Positions 38,551 to 48,568 are shown, counted from the stretch's first letter. The stretch is 64,000 bases of DNA from Bacteroidales bacterium (GCA_017412115.1 JAFPYR010000053.1:62815-126814), one strand, 5' to 3'. Notes: generated from the letters alone by a model not told the origin. A program made the numbers and translations.

Positions 38551-40479
38551 ATGAAGACACCGGAGAAAATATCCGTCAAACTGAAATTCAGAATAATGCT
38601 GATCTGTTTTGCCGTATATGCGGTATTTACGGGTCTGTCTTTTTTGTATCTGATTAACCGCTACAACTCGGTTGAAAATAGTTACGCTAAAGAAATAAAG
38701 CTCAAAAACGACATTTCAGAATTACGCAACACTCAGTACGAATTGTTTAATTCGTATTCCGGCAAAAAAGACAAGGAAAAAGAAGATTCCCTGTTAAACG
38801 GAATCGGAATAATATGCACAAGTATTGAGGAAGGCATCAAATCATTAGAAGAAAACAAACTTTCAGATAACAGAAAAATTCTTCAATCAATAAAAATCCT
38901 CAAAGAAGAATTTGAAACATACAAGGTAAAAATCAGCGACATAGGAAAAATAGAAAATGAAATCAACGCTTTGACACAAGACGGCGGAAGACTCGCCTCA
39001 AACAGAAAAACCGTTGAAAAAACTATTTTTCAGTTCACTCTTGCCGGTATCAACAAGATGTTTGAAGAGGCAGAAAAATACGAGGCTGAATTTATCAACA
39101 CAAAAAAAATCGAACTTTACAAAAAGTTCAACAAACAGATAGAAAGTATCAACAATAACCTCAAAAGCGTTAATAGTCCTAACATTCTGATACGCTACCA
39201 GATACAAAAACTTATGGACCAATTGTCGGAATACAAAATGACGTTTAACTTATTGTTTTCCAAACAATTGCTAATGGGCTTGGACTCTTACGAAGGTTAC
39301 AAGGGCACTGCTAATGCTCAAATCAAAACGATGAGCGTAAATTTGGAAGAACTCATGGTGGAGGCTGATATTATCAGAGAAAAAATTCACTCGGGAACAA
39401 TTCTCCAAATTATTATCTCTCAAGCAGTTGTAATAATACTCGGTATCTCGTTTTTCTTGATTTTGTTTTGGTCGGTTAATACTCCGATTAATAAGATGAA
39501 CGTTTACCTTCAAAGACTTCTCAAAGGCGAACTCGTAAAACCCGAAGTTGATGAAACAAGCACCAACGAAATGGACGTTATGAGTATCCGTTTGAAAGAA
39601 TTTGTGGAAAACCTCAAAGAAAAACAAATTTTCACAGAAGACATCGGAAACGGCAAAAAAGACAAAGGTTTTAAACTTCTTTCGGAAAACGATGAACTCG
39701 GCAATTCGCTGATTAACATGAAGAAAAACCTTGAAAAAGAAGAAGAGGAACAAAGAAAACGCAGACGTGAAGATGAAATTCAGGATAAAATCAACATCGG
39801 TCTTGCCGAATTCGGTAACATTTTAAGAAAAAACAACAGCGATTTGGACGCTCTGTGCAACGAAACAATCCGCAATTTGATTCATTACATGGAGGCCAAT
39901 TACGGTGCAATTTATATTTACATCGACGAGGAAGGCGAAGAACCTTATCTTGAGATGAAAGCCACTTACGCTGCCGACAGAAAAAAATTCATTCAGAAAA
40001 GAATCAATCTTTACGAGGGAATTGTCGGAACGTGCGCCGTTGAAAAAACAATGCAGATAATTGACGATATTCCAAAGGATTACGTTAAAATAGGTTCGGG
40101 TTTCGGCAACACAGCTCCGGGCAATTTAATTGTAATTCCGCTGATGCTGAACGAAGAGATTTTCGGCGTAATAGAATTATGCAAAACCGAAAAATTTGAA
40201 CCGCACAGAATCAAATTTTTGGAAAGACTTTCTGAGGATATTGCAAGTACGATTTCATACGTAAAAGTCAATACCAAAAACCTTTATAAACTTAAAGAAA
40301 AAGGCAAAAGGCTTGACGATTATACAAAACGTCTGCACAAATCCAAAAACGAGGTCGCTCAAAAAACAGAAGCGATGAAAATTTTACAGGAAGAGGTCGA
40401 TAAACTCAAAAAAGAAAACGCAAGACTTAAAGAAGAAAAACTTGAAGTCGAAAAGAAATTAGTGAGCAAGAAAAGATAA
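38551..40479 (+). CDS. Membrane sensor: TM, four-helix-bundle-like periplasmic domain, TM, HAMP, GAF, C-terminal coiled coil; no enzymatic output domain
   Basis: TM helices at about aa 15-35 and 283-307. HAMP-like PINKMNVYLQRLLKGEL. Linker motif DELGNSLINMKKNL. The GAF-like core runs YGAIYIY...GIVGTC...FGVIEL. The last ~70 aa are a K/E-rich heptad coiled coil. Confidence 0.7.
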   Translation: MKTPEKISVKLKFRIMLICFAVYAVFTGLSFLYLINRYNSVENSYAKEIKLKNDISELRNTQYELFNSYSGKKDKEKEDSLLNGIGIICTSIEEGIKSLEENKLSDNRKILQSIKILKEEFETYKVKISDIGKIENEINALTQDGGRLASNRKTVEKTIFQFTLAGINKMFEEAEKYEAEFINTKKIELYKKFNKQIESINNNLKSVNSPNILIRYQIQKLMDQLSEYKMTFNLLFSKQLLMGLDSYEGYKGTANAQIKTMSVNLEELMVEADIIREKIHSGTILQIIISQAVVIILGISFFLILFWSVNTPINKMNVYLQRLLKGELVKPEVDETSTNEMDVMSIRLKEFVENLKEKQIFTEDIGNGKKDKGFKLLSENDELGNSLINMKKNLEKEEEEQRKRRREDEIQDKINIGLAEFGNILRKNNSDLDALCNETIRNLIHYMEANYGAIYIYIDEEGEEPYLEMKATYAADRKKFIQKRINLYEGIVGTCAVEKTMQIIDDIPKDYVKIGSGFGNTAPGNLIVIPLMLNEEIFGVIELCKTEKFEPHRIKFLERLSEDIASTISYVKVNTKNLYKLKEKGKRLDDYTKRLHKSKNEVAQKTEAMKILQEEVDKLKKENARLKEEKLEVEKKLVSKKR

Positions 40480-40481
40480 AT

Positions 40482-43181
40482 ATGGAGGACAACAAAATAC
40501 ATAAATTAAATACGGTAAGATGGAAAGCCGTTTTTAGCGCGGTATTAGGGGCTGTGTTCCTTTCCGTAGCCATAATGGTTGTCCAAGACAGGATACTTTT
40601 GTCAAGAATTACCGATTACAACAAGCTTAACACCAATATCGTCAATGACAAATACGTCGAAAAATTTGAGTTTATGCTCAATAGGACGATTATAAAACTC
40701 CAAACCGAGGCTGAAAATATTTCGGAACAAACCACTCAGTTCGGATTCGGAGCAAAAAAAATTACGCAAAAAATGTTTCTGAAATTTTTGGAAACCGACC
40801 CCACTGTCAAAGCCGTTTTCATAATTTCGGAACCGTATATTTTTGACAATTCCGACAGTTTGTTGGTCAATACAAATCCCGGTTTTCCCATCGGCTGGTA
40901 TGCAAAATACATTCATCACGAAAATATCGGCACACCGGAGGTTTCTAACGACATTCAAAGCACTTCAATCGAGGTTTACGACCTGTACAGAAGCATCAAA
41001 CACGATTTAACGCCGAAGGTCATAAGCCTTAAAAACGATGCGGATATCTCTAACGTAATCGTCTGCCTCGTACCGATTTTTACAAAAGGTAAATTCAGCG
41101 GAATAGTCGGAATCGACATCGACCAAAAATATCACAGAAATATTCTTGACGAACAAATTCCGGCGGAAAATACGTTTTACATTGCCGACAGCACGGGAAA
41201 TATTTTTTATAGCCGCAACAAAGATTATCAAAACCGAAATATCCATGAAATCCTACGTTTTACGGAAGAAAAACTCAATATTATGCAAAAAACTTCCGAA
41301 AATCTTCAGGTTGATATGGAATACGAACTCGTTGAAAATAACAACGAAAAGGTTTATATTCACAACAAAAAAATATCCCTTGCCTGCAACAAAGATAATT
41401 TTACGATGATTTCCATAACGCCTTGGAAAGCGGTCAGACAAGCTCAAAACCGTGCCGTTACCAAAGCGGTTATCATTATTTTGATTGTCTTGACTATTTT
41501 TATAACGTTTATAACAATAGTATCAAGACACTTGTCAAAACCGATGACTTACATCAGAGAACTGATTGCAAGTCTTTCAAGAGGCGATTTTAATGCGCAG
41601 CAAAAAATTCAGAAAAAATTTCACGGCAGAGTCTCAAAAGAATATGCCCTTATTATCGAAAACATCAACCGCTTGGGCGAATCCTTGAAAGTTACGGCAG
41701 AATTTGCCTCTGCCATCAAAGACGGCAACCTCGAAAAAGATTACGACAAGTCAATCAAAAACAATGCAATCGGTAATGCGCTCATAGGCATGAAAGAAAA
41801 CCTTCTGAACAATAACCGCAAGGAAAAAGAACGTATAGCAGAAGAAAAACGAAATCAATGGGCAACCGAAGGACACTCTATTTTCAGTGATATTTTAAGA
41901 AATAACGTTTCGGACATCAGAAAACTCAGCAATGCCGTTATTGACAAATTAGTACCGTATATTAATGTTATTCAAGGCGGTATGTTTATCAGAACGACAA
42001 TGCCGGAGGACAACAAAACGGAATGTTTTGAACTTTATGCCGTTTTCGCATACGGACACGAAAGATTCCACAAAAAAATCCTCAAACTCGATGAAGGAAT
42101 GATTGGTGCGTGCGCCATGGAAAAACACACGATTATTCTCAATAACATTCCCGAAAACTATACCGACATAAGTTCGGGTTTAGGACAAGCAAAACCGAAA
42201 TCCATAATTTTCGTACCGCTTGTTTACAACGATTATTTGTACGGAGTTTTGGAATTGGCATCTTTCAAAGATTTTCAAGAATATCAAATACAATTCGTTG
42301 AAAGAATTTCTGAAAACATCGCCTCCACAATCGCAAACGCAAAAATCAACGAGCAGACCAATATCCTGCTCAAACAGAGCCGTTTGCAATCAAAACAAAT
42401 GGAGGAAAAAGAAGACCAGCTCAAGAGCGAAATCGAATCCCTGAACAACCTTTTGAACGCTGTTCAGATGGAATTTGACGAACTCGAACAGGTAAACAAT
42501 GCAATGAACAAATCAATGATGGTTGCTATTTTTTCTACAAAAGGCGACACGCTCGAAGCCAACAGAAAATTTGCATTGCGTTATACTCTTGATGTCAATG
42601 ATATACGCAGAAAAAATGTTTACGAAATACTACAATTAACGCTTTCTAAATACGACGAATTCAAGAAAATTTGGGACAGCGTAAAACAGGGTCAAACTGA
42701 AACTTACAACATTGAGTTCAAAATCAACAACTCAACCAGAAAAATCAGAAATATGTTTGTACCCATTTACAACAAAGAAAATGCGATAGAGAGAATTTTC
42801 TGTCTCGCAACCGATATTACCGGTCAACAAAACACCGAATCCGAACTCGAAAAAATGAAAAAACAACTAAAAGACAATGCTACCGAAAACTCTGTTCTCA
42901 AGCAAACTATAAAACGGAAAGATATTGAAATTGACGAACTCAACAAAGATATTTCCGATTTAAGACAACAAAATGTAGACAACAAAAACAAACTTGATAA
43001 AGCCTCTTCAAGCGCACAATTTTTCAAGAGAGAACTCGAAAAACGTATTTCTAAATTCAGAAAAATTGAGGCTTCGCTTAAAGACAAAGTTAAGAATTTA
43101 GAAGGGCGTTTGGGCATCGTAAAAGACAATACGAAAAATGCCGATATTAACAACCCCGAAAACGAAACCAAAAAAGACTAA
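40482..43181 (+). CDS. Membrane sensor: TM, Cache-like periplasmic domain, TM, HAMP, GAF, PAS, long coiled coil; no enzymatic output domain
   Basis: It starts 2 nt after the upstream stop. TM helices at about aa 15-37 and 329-347. The HAMP-linker-GAF module (NAIGNALIGMKENL ... QGGMFI ... GMIGAC ... YGVLEL) is paralogous to the upstream gene. A PAS-like segment (MVAIFSTKGDTLEANRKF...IFCLATDITGQ) is followed by a ~110-aa coiled coil. Confidence 0.7.
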   Translation: MEDNKIHKLNTVRWKAVFSAVLGAVFLSVAIMVVQDRILLSRITDYNKLNTNIVNDKYVEKFEFMLNRTIIKLQTEAENISEQTTQFGFGAKKITQKMFLKFLETDPTVKAVFIISEPYIFDNSDSLLVNTNPGFPIGWYAKYIHHENIGTPEVSNDIQSTSIEVYDLYRSIKHDLTPKVISLKNDADISNVIVCLVPIFTKGKFSGIVGIDIDQKYHRNILDEQIPAENTFYIADSTGNIFYSRNKDYQNRNIHEILRFTEEKLNIMQKTSENLQVDMEYELVENNNEKVYIHNKKISLACNKDNFTMISITPWKAVRQAQNRAVTKAVIIILIVLTIFITFITIVSRHLSKPMTYIRELIASLSRGDFNAQQKIQKKFHGRVSKEYALIIENINRLGESLKVTAEFASAIKDGNLEKDYDKSIKNNAIGNALIGMKENLLNNNRKEKERIAEEKRNQWATEGHSIFSDILRNNVSDIRKLSNAVIDKLVPYINVIQGGMFIRTTMPEDNKTECFELYAVFAYGHERFHKKILKLDEGMIGACAMEKHTIILNNIPENYTDISSGLGQAKPKSIIFVPLVYNDYLYGVLELASFKDFQEYQIQFVERISENIASTIANAKINEQTNILLKQSRLQSKQMEEKEDQLKSEIESLNNLLNAVQMEFDELEQVNNAMNKSMMVAIFSTKGDTLEANRKFALRYTLDVNDIRRKNVYEILQLTLSKYDEFKKIWDSVKQGQTETYNIEFKINNSTRKIRNMFVPIYNKENAIERIFCLATDITGQQNTESELEKMKKQLKDNATENSVLKQTIKRKDIEIDELNKDISDLRQQNVDNKNKLDKASSSAQFFKRELEKRISKFRKIEASLKDKVKNLEGRLGIVKDNTKNADINNPENETKKD

Positions 43182-43183
43182 TC

Positions 43184-43693
43184 ATGTTAAACAAAGTAAT
43201 TATATTATTAATCGGGATTCAGACAATCTTCGGTATAAAACAATACGAGGATCAAACCAAGACTCTGGAAATCGTGCTCAAATTTGCTGAGTTCACAACT
43301 TGGAATCGGCAAATGAGCGAAGATTTCATCGTACTCGTTGCCGAAAATGACGAATCCAAATACGAAAAAGCTGTAAAATATTTTGAAAACCAAGAATTTG
43401 AAGACAAAACAATCAAAACCATAAAACTTACAAATGAAACACAAATAACCGAAGCTGATGTTATTTTTATCGGTAACAATACCGACATCAACTTTGAAAA
43501 ACTATCAGAAAAAATAAAAGAAAAACAAATCTTAACCATAACAACAGACAAAAATATGCTATCCAAAGGCTGTATGTTTTACATCAAAACCGGCGAACAT
43601 GGCGTCGAATATTTGTACAACAGACATGCAGTCATAAAATCGGGACTAATGATTCAAGGCAGTTTGTTAGCCCCGGTTCATGAATGGAATTAA
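43184..43693 (+). CDS. YfiR-family (DUF4154) periplasmic protein
   Basis: It starts 2 nt after the upstream stop. Signal-like N-terminus. The pattern LKFAEFTTW...FIVLV...ADVIFIG...ILTITTD...GCMFYI...IKSGLMIQGSLL fits DUF4154. Confidence 0.6.
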   Translation: MLNKVIILLIGIQTIFGIKQYEDQTKTLEIVLKFAEFTTWNRQMSEDFIVLVAENDESKYEKAVKYFENQEFEDKTIKTIKLTNETQITEADVIFIGNNTDINFEKLSEKIKEKQILTITTDKNMLSKGCMFYIKTGEHGVEYLYNRHAVIKSGLMIQGSLLAPVHEWN

Positions 43694-43727
43694 TAACAAC
43701 AATTAATCAAAAAATAACTGGAATATC

Positions 43728-46001
43728 ATGAATTTTTTTGCAAATCTTTCAATCCGCAACAAGATTTTGGTAAGTTTTCTTGCCATCATGTTGCTGACAA
43801 CGTTGATAATTTCGATTTCAATCGTTAAAATACACAGCGATTACTCCGATGATTATCTCAAAAAAACATATAGTTGCGTAGCCAAAACAATAAGCGAGCA
43901 ATTAATGGGACAAGTCGATCTTCCTGTTAATAGCGAAGAAATAAACCGTGCCCTCAAAAGTCAGCTCGATATTTTGGAAGATGTGGAAAACGCTCAGGTT
44001 TTTAATCAAGCGGACTCCTTAGTTGCCGTTTACAACAAAGGTAACGCACTCTGGGAAAAACAAAAAGTCGAAAAAAATTCCAAAGCATATTATCAAGATG
44101 ACTATCTCTACGTCATAGAACCCGGAATTTATAAAAACAAAATCAGAGTTATCGTCTATCTGAAAGTTTCAACAAAAGAACACACCCTCATTGAACTGAA
44201 ATTTATCAGAAACATAATTTTCGTTTTAATAGGTTCGTCTCTGATGATACTTTTCGTTGTAATCTTGCTTCAAAGATACACCACTACGCCTTTGGTAAAA
44301 TTAACGGAAAACATTCAAGAAATTACTCAAGAACAAAAATTCAATCAAAAAATCCAAACTCCTAAAGGCAACGACGAGATAACGGAACTTTACAATCAGT
44401 TCTCAATAATGCTTGATACAATCAACAAAAGAGAACAAGAGCGTGATGCCGCTAAAAAGAAAGAAGAATTTACAAACGAAATTTTCACCAAAGTCAATAA
44501 AGCTTCTTTCGATGCAATAATCGTGGCTGACAACGAACAAAGAATCAAGTTCTTCAACGTTGCCGCTGAAAAACTTTTCGGTTACAAATTCTCAGAAATC
44601 AAAGACAATTCTTTCATCAATTTAATCGTTCCTTTCGATAAAAGAGAAAGCAGTAAGGAAAGTTTCAGCAAAATTTTAGCAACAGGACAAAGCGTAGAAA
44701 CCTTTGAAACTAAATCAATTAACAAAAATAATGAAAGTTTCGATTCGGAAGTTTCCATCAACTCTTACAAGTATGAAGACAAGAGCGGTGTCGTAATCAC
44801 CGTAAAAGACATCACTGAAAGAAAAAAACGCGAAAAAGAACTCGTTGATGCTAAAAACAAAGCCGAAGAATCCGACAAACTCAAATCAGCATTCCTGGCT
44901 AACATGAGCCACGAAATCCGTACCCCGATGAACTCAATCCTCGGATTTTCAACGCTTCTTACCAAACCAGGTGTCTACGACAAACACAAAGAACAATATC
45001 TGGAATTAATCATCAACAGCGGCAAAAGCCTACTGAACTTGATTAACGATATAATTGATATTTCAAAAATCGAAGCAGGTCAGTTGAAAGTAAAACCAAG
45101 GAAAATAACTCTCAACCCGCTTATGAACGAAGTTTATATGTCGCATTACCAAATCAACGACATGAAAAACAAATCGTTTGAATTAAGGATGAAAAAAGCC
45201 ATAGAAACGGACGACTTCAGCATCGAAACAGACCCGTTCCGACTCAAACAAATCCTCAACAACCTCATCGGCAACGCCATGAAATTTACCGAAAAAGGTT
45301 ACATCGAGTTCGGTTACAAATTCAATAACCCCGAACAACTCCTTTTCTACGTGAAAGACACAGGCGTAGGAATGCCCGCCGATAAACTGAACTTAATCTT
45401 CCAACGCTTCGGTCAAATCGAACAAAAAGACGATAAAAACCAAAGCGGTACAGGGTTAGGCCTGACAATATCTAAAAAACTCGCTGAACTTTTAGGCGGC
45501 CAAATGTGGGTGGAATCAACCGAAGGCGAAGGCTCTACATTCTTCTTCACACTCCCATACGATGCCGACCTCAATACCGGCGACGAATACGGCGCATCAT
45601 TAGTAGAAGATGGTAACGGTAGCCTCGAAAACAAAACTCTACTGGTGGCAGAAGACGAAGAAATGAATATCGTTTACATGAAAGAAATCCTCGCCGATAC
45701 CAAAGCTAACGTCCTTTGGGCTAAAAACGGCGAAGAAGCCGTTAAATTAGCTAAAGAAAACCCATCAATAGATTTAATCCTGATGGATATCAAAATGCCT
45801 GTTATGAACGGATACGAAGCAACTCAAAAAATACGAGAATTCAATAAAAACGTCATAATAATAGCGCAAACAGCTTACGCCCTAACCGGCGAAAAAGAAA
45901 AAACTATCGAAGCCGGTTGCAACTACTACATCACTAAACCTATCGAAATAAAAATCCTTATGAACACAATTCAAGGATTCTTAAACCGAAAAAAATCTTA
46001 A
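43728..46001 (+). CDS. Hybrid sensor histidine kinase/response regulator (2 TM, HAMP, PAS, HisKA, HATPase_c, REC)
   Basis: H-box SHEIRTPMN (His codon 44910-44912). N-box NLIGNAMKFT. G-boxes DTGVGM and GTGLGL. The receiver has LILMDIKMP (Asp codon 45786-45788). Confidence 0.9.
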   Translation: MNFFANLSIRNKILVSFLAIMLLTTLIISISIVKIHSDYSDDYLKKTYSCVAKTISEQLMGQVDLPVNSEEINRALKSQLDILEDVENAQVFNQADSLVAVYNKGNALWEKQKVEKNSKAYYQDDYLYVIEPGIYKNKIRVIVYLKVSTKEHTLIELKFIRNIIFVLIGSSLMILFVVILLQRYTTTPLVKLTENIQEITQEQKFNQKIQTPKGNDEITELYNQFSIMLDTINKREQERDAAKKKEEFTNEIFTKVNKASFDAIIVADNEQRIKFFNVAAEKLFGYKFSEIKDNSFINLIVPFDKRESSKESFSKILATGQSVETFETKSINKNNESFDSEVSINSYKYEDKSGVVITVKDITERKKREKELVDAKNKAEESDKLKSAFLANMSHEIRTPMNSILGFSTLLTKPGVYDKHKEQYLELIINSGKSLLNLINDIIDISKIEAGQLKVKPRKITLNPLMNEVYMSHYQINDMKNKSFELRMKKAIETDDFSIETDPFRLKQILNNLIGNAMKFTEKGYIEFGYKFNNPEQLLFYVKDTGVGMPADKLNLIFQRFGQIEQKDDKNQSGTGLGLTISKKLAELLGGQMWVESTEGEGSTFFFTLPYDADLNTGDEYGASLVEDGNGSLENKTLLVAEDEEMNIVYMKEILADTKANVLWAKNGEEAVKLAKENPSIDLILMDIKMPVMNGYEATQKIREFNKNVIIIAQTAYALTGEKEKTIEAGCNYYITKPIEIKILMNTIQGFLNRKKS

Positions 46002-46017
46002 AGTTATATCGCCTCAT

Positions 46018-46063
46018 GCCGGCGGGGCAGTTCCCTTTTGAAAAAGGGAACTGCCCCCGCGGC
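46018..46063. terminator. GC-rich long hairpin between the convergent HK and PLP-enzyme genes (probable bidirectional terminator, no clear T-run)
   Basis: gccggcggggcagttccctttt-ga-aaaagggaactgcccccgcggc. There are 16 perfect base pairs plus an extended imperfect stem. Confidence 0.5.
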
Positions 46064-46073
46064 TTGAGCGGCA

Positions 46074-47387
46074 TTAACTTAAAATTTTTTTCCAGAGTTT
46101 GAATTCTAAATCTTTGCGGTTGAAAGGTTTGATTTCGTCTGATGAAGTTACAGTGTCGAAATTGTAAGCGAGTTCAGAGAGGAAGAAAGATGCGCGTTCG
46201 AGACCTTCGCCGAGGTTTATCATAACGACATCTCCGTCTTTTAACAAGCCTTTTTTGAGAGATTCAAAATATCCGCCGAGACCGATTGCCGAAGCAGGAC
46301 CTATTTTTTCAAGTGTTTTGAAAGCCACTAAACGTGCGACATCAGCCGTTTTTTCTTCGTCGAAAGTGATGATTTCACCGCCTGAATTTTTGGTTAGGTC
46401 GGCGATAATAGGATATGTTCCGGGCACACCAGTTGCTAAGGTTTGAACTTTGGTTTTCGGATTTTGAATCTTCGGAAAATCTTGTTGCCAACCTTCGGGG
46501 AAGTTTTGACTTTTGGCTTTTTCCCAAGCCTGAGTCATCGGGTCGCAAAGGCTCGGCTGAACAGAAATAAATCTCGGACATTTATAATCGCCGAACTGAG
46601 AAACCTCGTGAATAGCTTTTTCAACCGCAATCGGTCCCGTGCCGCCGCTTAGCGCCTGAATATAAACCGTCGGCAACTCACCCGTTAATCTGAGCCACTC
46701 GTAAACCCAAGTTTTTTTGCTTTCAACCCTCAGCGGATCGGTATTGCCGATTGTCATCAAAATATTGTTTTTAGCGGTAAACTCACCCGCAATTTTTTTC
46801 GCAAAAGCATAGTCGCCTTTACAAATTACGGCTTTCTGTCCGTATGCGCTGACAGAGGCAATATTCTCTTTTACAGCATCTTGCGGCATAAAAACGTAAA
46901 GATTAATTCCCGCTTTTGCAAGATAATGTGAAAATGCGTTAGCCGTATTGCCGGTGCTTGCAACAGCATAATCGGTTACGCAGTTTTCTTTTAGAACCGA
47001 TGCCGCCAACGTTCCGGCGATGTCCTTAAAAGTGCGCGTTCCGTCATTGAAATTATGACGCATAACGTAGACTTTCAACGTTTTGCCGTATTCTTTTTTT
47101 GCGACTTCTTCCAAAAAGTCCCAACGGCTGACGGGAGATACCCCCTCCCCTGCCGAAACGATATTTTTTTCATCGTCAAGAGGTAAAAAGTCGAAATAAT
47201 GCCAAAGATTTTTAACGTCTTTCGCATTGAAAATAAGGTCTTTCAACTTCTCAGGCGAAGTTGTATATTTGGTATCAACAAAATTTTTACCACATTCGGG
47301 ACATTTCTGCCCTAAATCAAACCATTCTTTGAAACTTTCGATTTTGTGTCCGCAGTTTTTGCAGACGAAATAATATTTTTTAGCCAT
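46074..47387 (-). CDS. Threonine-synthase-like PLP enzyme (fold type II) with an N-terminal zinc ribbon; cysteate-synthase-like candidate
   Basis: CKNCG...CPECG ribbon. TFKD carries the PLP lysine. ASTGNTANAF and SGGTG loops are present. The specific activity cannot be read from the sequence alone. Confidence 0.6.
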   Translation of the reverse strand: MAKKYYFVCKNCGHKIESFKEWFDLGQKCPECGKNFVDTKYTTSPEKLKDLIFNAKDVKNLWHYFDFLPLDDEKNIVSAGEGVSPVSRWDFLEEVAKKEYGKTLKVYVMRHNFNDGTRTFKDIAGTLAASVLKENCVTDYAVASTGNTANAFSHYLAKAGINLYVFMPQDAVKENIASVSAYGQKAVICKGDYAFAKKIAGEFTAKNNILMTIGNTDPLRVESKKTWVYEWLRLTGELPTVYIQALSGGTGPIAVEKAIHEVSQFGDYKCPRFISVQPSLCDPMTQAWEKAKSQNFPEGWQQDFPKIQNPKTKVQTLATGVPGTYPIIADLTKNSGGEIITFDEEKTADVARLVAFKTLEKIGPASAIGLGGYFESLKKGLLKDGDVVMINLGEGLERASFFLSELAYNFDTVTSSDEIKPFNRKDLEFKLWKKILS

Positions 47388-47398
47388 TTTTACTCTGT

Positions 47399-48568
47399 TT
47401 AATTATTTCTAAATTTTGCTGCACATTCGTCGGAAATTCTTGTTTTTTCTTTTGCTGCATCGGATTTTGAATAATCAGCACCTTTGCGCAAAAATCTTAA
47501 ACCTGACATAATAAAATCCGGCAACGCTTTTTCGGGGTCGCGTTTTTTAAGATTAAGCCCCAAATGAAATTTTTGAACGATTGGAACGTAGTAAGTTTCA
47601 ACAAATTCGATAAGACTTCCGTCAGGGTCTTCAATATAAGTGAAATGTCCGGAAGCACCGCCCATATCAAAAATTTGCGCTTCGCTGTCGTAAGCCTCCG
47701 GGTTTGAATCGCATTTAAATTCAACGCCGAAATTTTTGCAATACTCCTTCAAATCTTTCATATTTCTGACATCGAAACAAATCTGAATAAATCCCGGATC
47801 GCCCCAAAGATGAGTCGTAAAATCATAAATATGTTTTAATTCACGGTCTGAATCCAGGAGTTGTACGAGTTCTATTTCGGAAGCGTTCAAAAAGTTAGAG
47901 AACGGACCTTTGCGTTTTTGAGAATGTCCGAGAAGGACTCTGCGGTATTTTTCTTCTCCGCCGGGCAGTTTTGCGAAATCCTCAAAAACATCGGTTTCAT
48001 CATAAATTACGGTGTCGTAACCGAGAATATTTTTATAAAATTCTTTTGACTTTTCAATATCGCTGACACCAAGTATCGCACCAAAAGCACCGCCTGTTTT
48101 TGATTTAGTTTCGTTGAAAACAATATCGCTTTCTACGACTTCAAAAATGTTTCCGAAAGGATCTTTTACGAAGAAATGTTCTTTACCGTTAAGAGTTTTA
48201 GAGAAACTCGAAAGTAAAGAAAGATTGTCGTTTTTGAATTTTAAATAAGCGGCAGCAACGTTTTGACATTTGATTTTACCGATAAAAATACCGAGATCAC
48301 CCAATTGCGGTTGAAAATCAAGTTCATGCGGGTCTCTTGAAGTGTATTGCCAAATTTCGAGACCGCCGCCGCCCTGCATATTATAAGCTAAAATAGTGTG
48401 CCGTGATTGCGGCTGATGATTTGTGTAAGGCTGCATTAAAGCGGCTTCACCGGGAGCATCGCTGAGCAGCACGTCAAAACCGAAATATTCTCTGTACCAG
48501 TCCCACGCCTGATAAACGTCAGTAACACCGATACCGAGTTGTTGTATTCCGCTGATTGAAAATGCCAT
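47399..48568 (-). CDS. VOC (glyoxalase/bleomycin-resistance/dioxygenase) superfamily protein with three tandem VOC modules
   Basis: The beta-alpha-beta-beta-beta-type segments repeat (GIGVTDV..., ILGVSDIEKSKEFY..., ICFDVRNMKDL...). An 11-nt gap separates it from the downstream PLP enzyme gene. Confidence 0.65.
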   Translation of the reverse strand: MAFSISGIQQLGIGVTDVYQAWDWYREYFGFDVLLSDAPGEAALMQPYTNHQPQSRHTILAYNMQGGGGLEIWQYTSRDPHELDFQPQLGDLGIFIGKIKCQNVAAAYLKFKNDNLSLLSSFSKTLNGKEHFFVKDPFGNIFEVVESDIVFNETKSKTGGAFGAILGVSDIEKSKEFYKNILGYDTVIYDETDVFEDFAKLPGGEEKYRRVLLGHSQKRKGPFSNFLNASEIELVQLLDSDRELKHIYDFTTHLWGDPGFIQICFDVRNMKDLKEYCKNFGVEFKCDSNPEAYDSEAQIFDMGGASGHFTYIEDPDGSLIEFVETYYVPIVQKFHLGLNLKKRDPEKALPDFIMSGLRFLRKGADYSKSDAAKEKTRISDECAAKFRNN

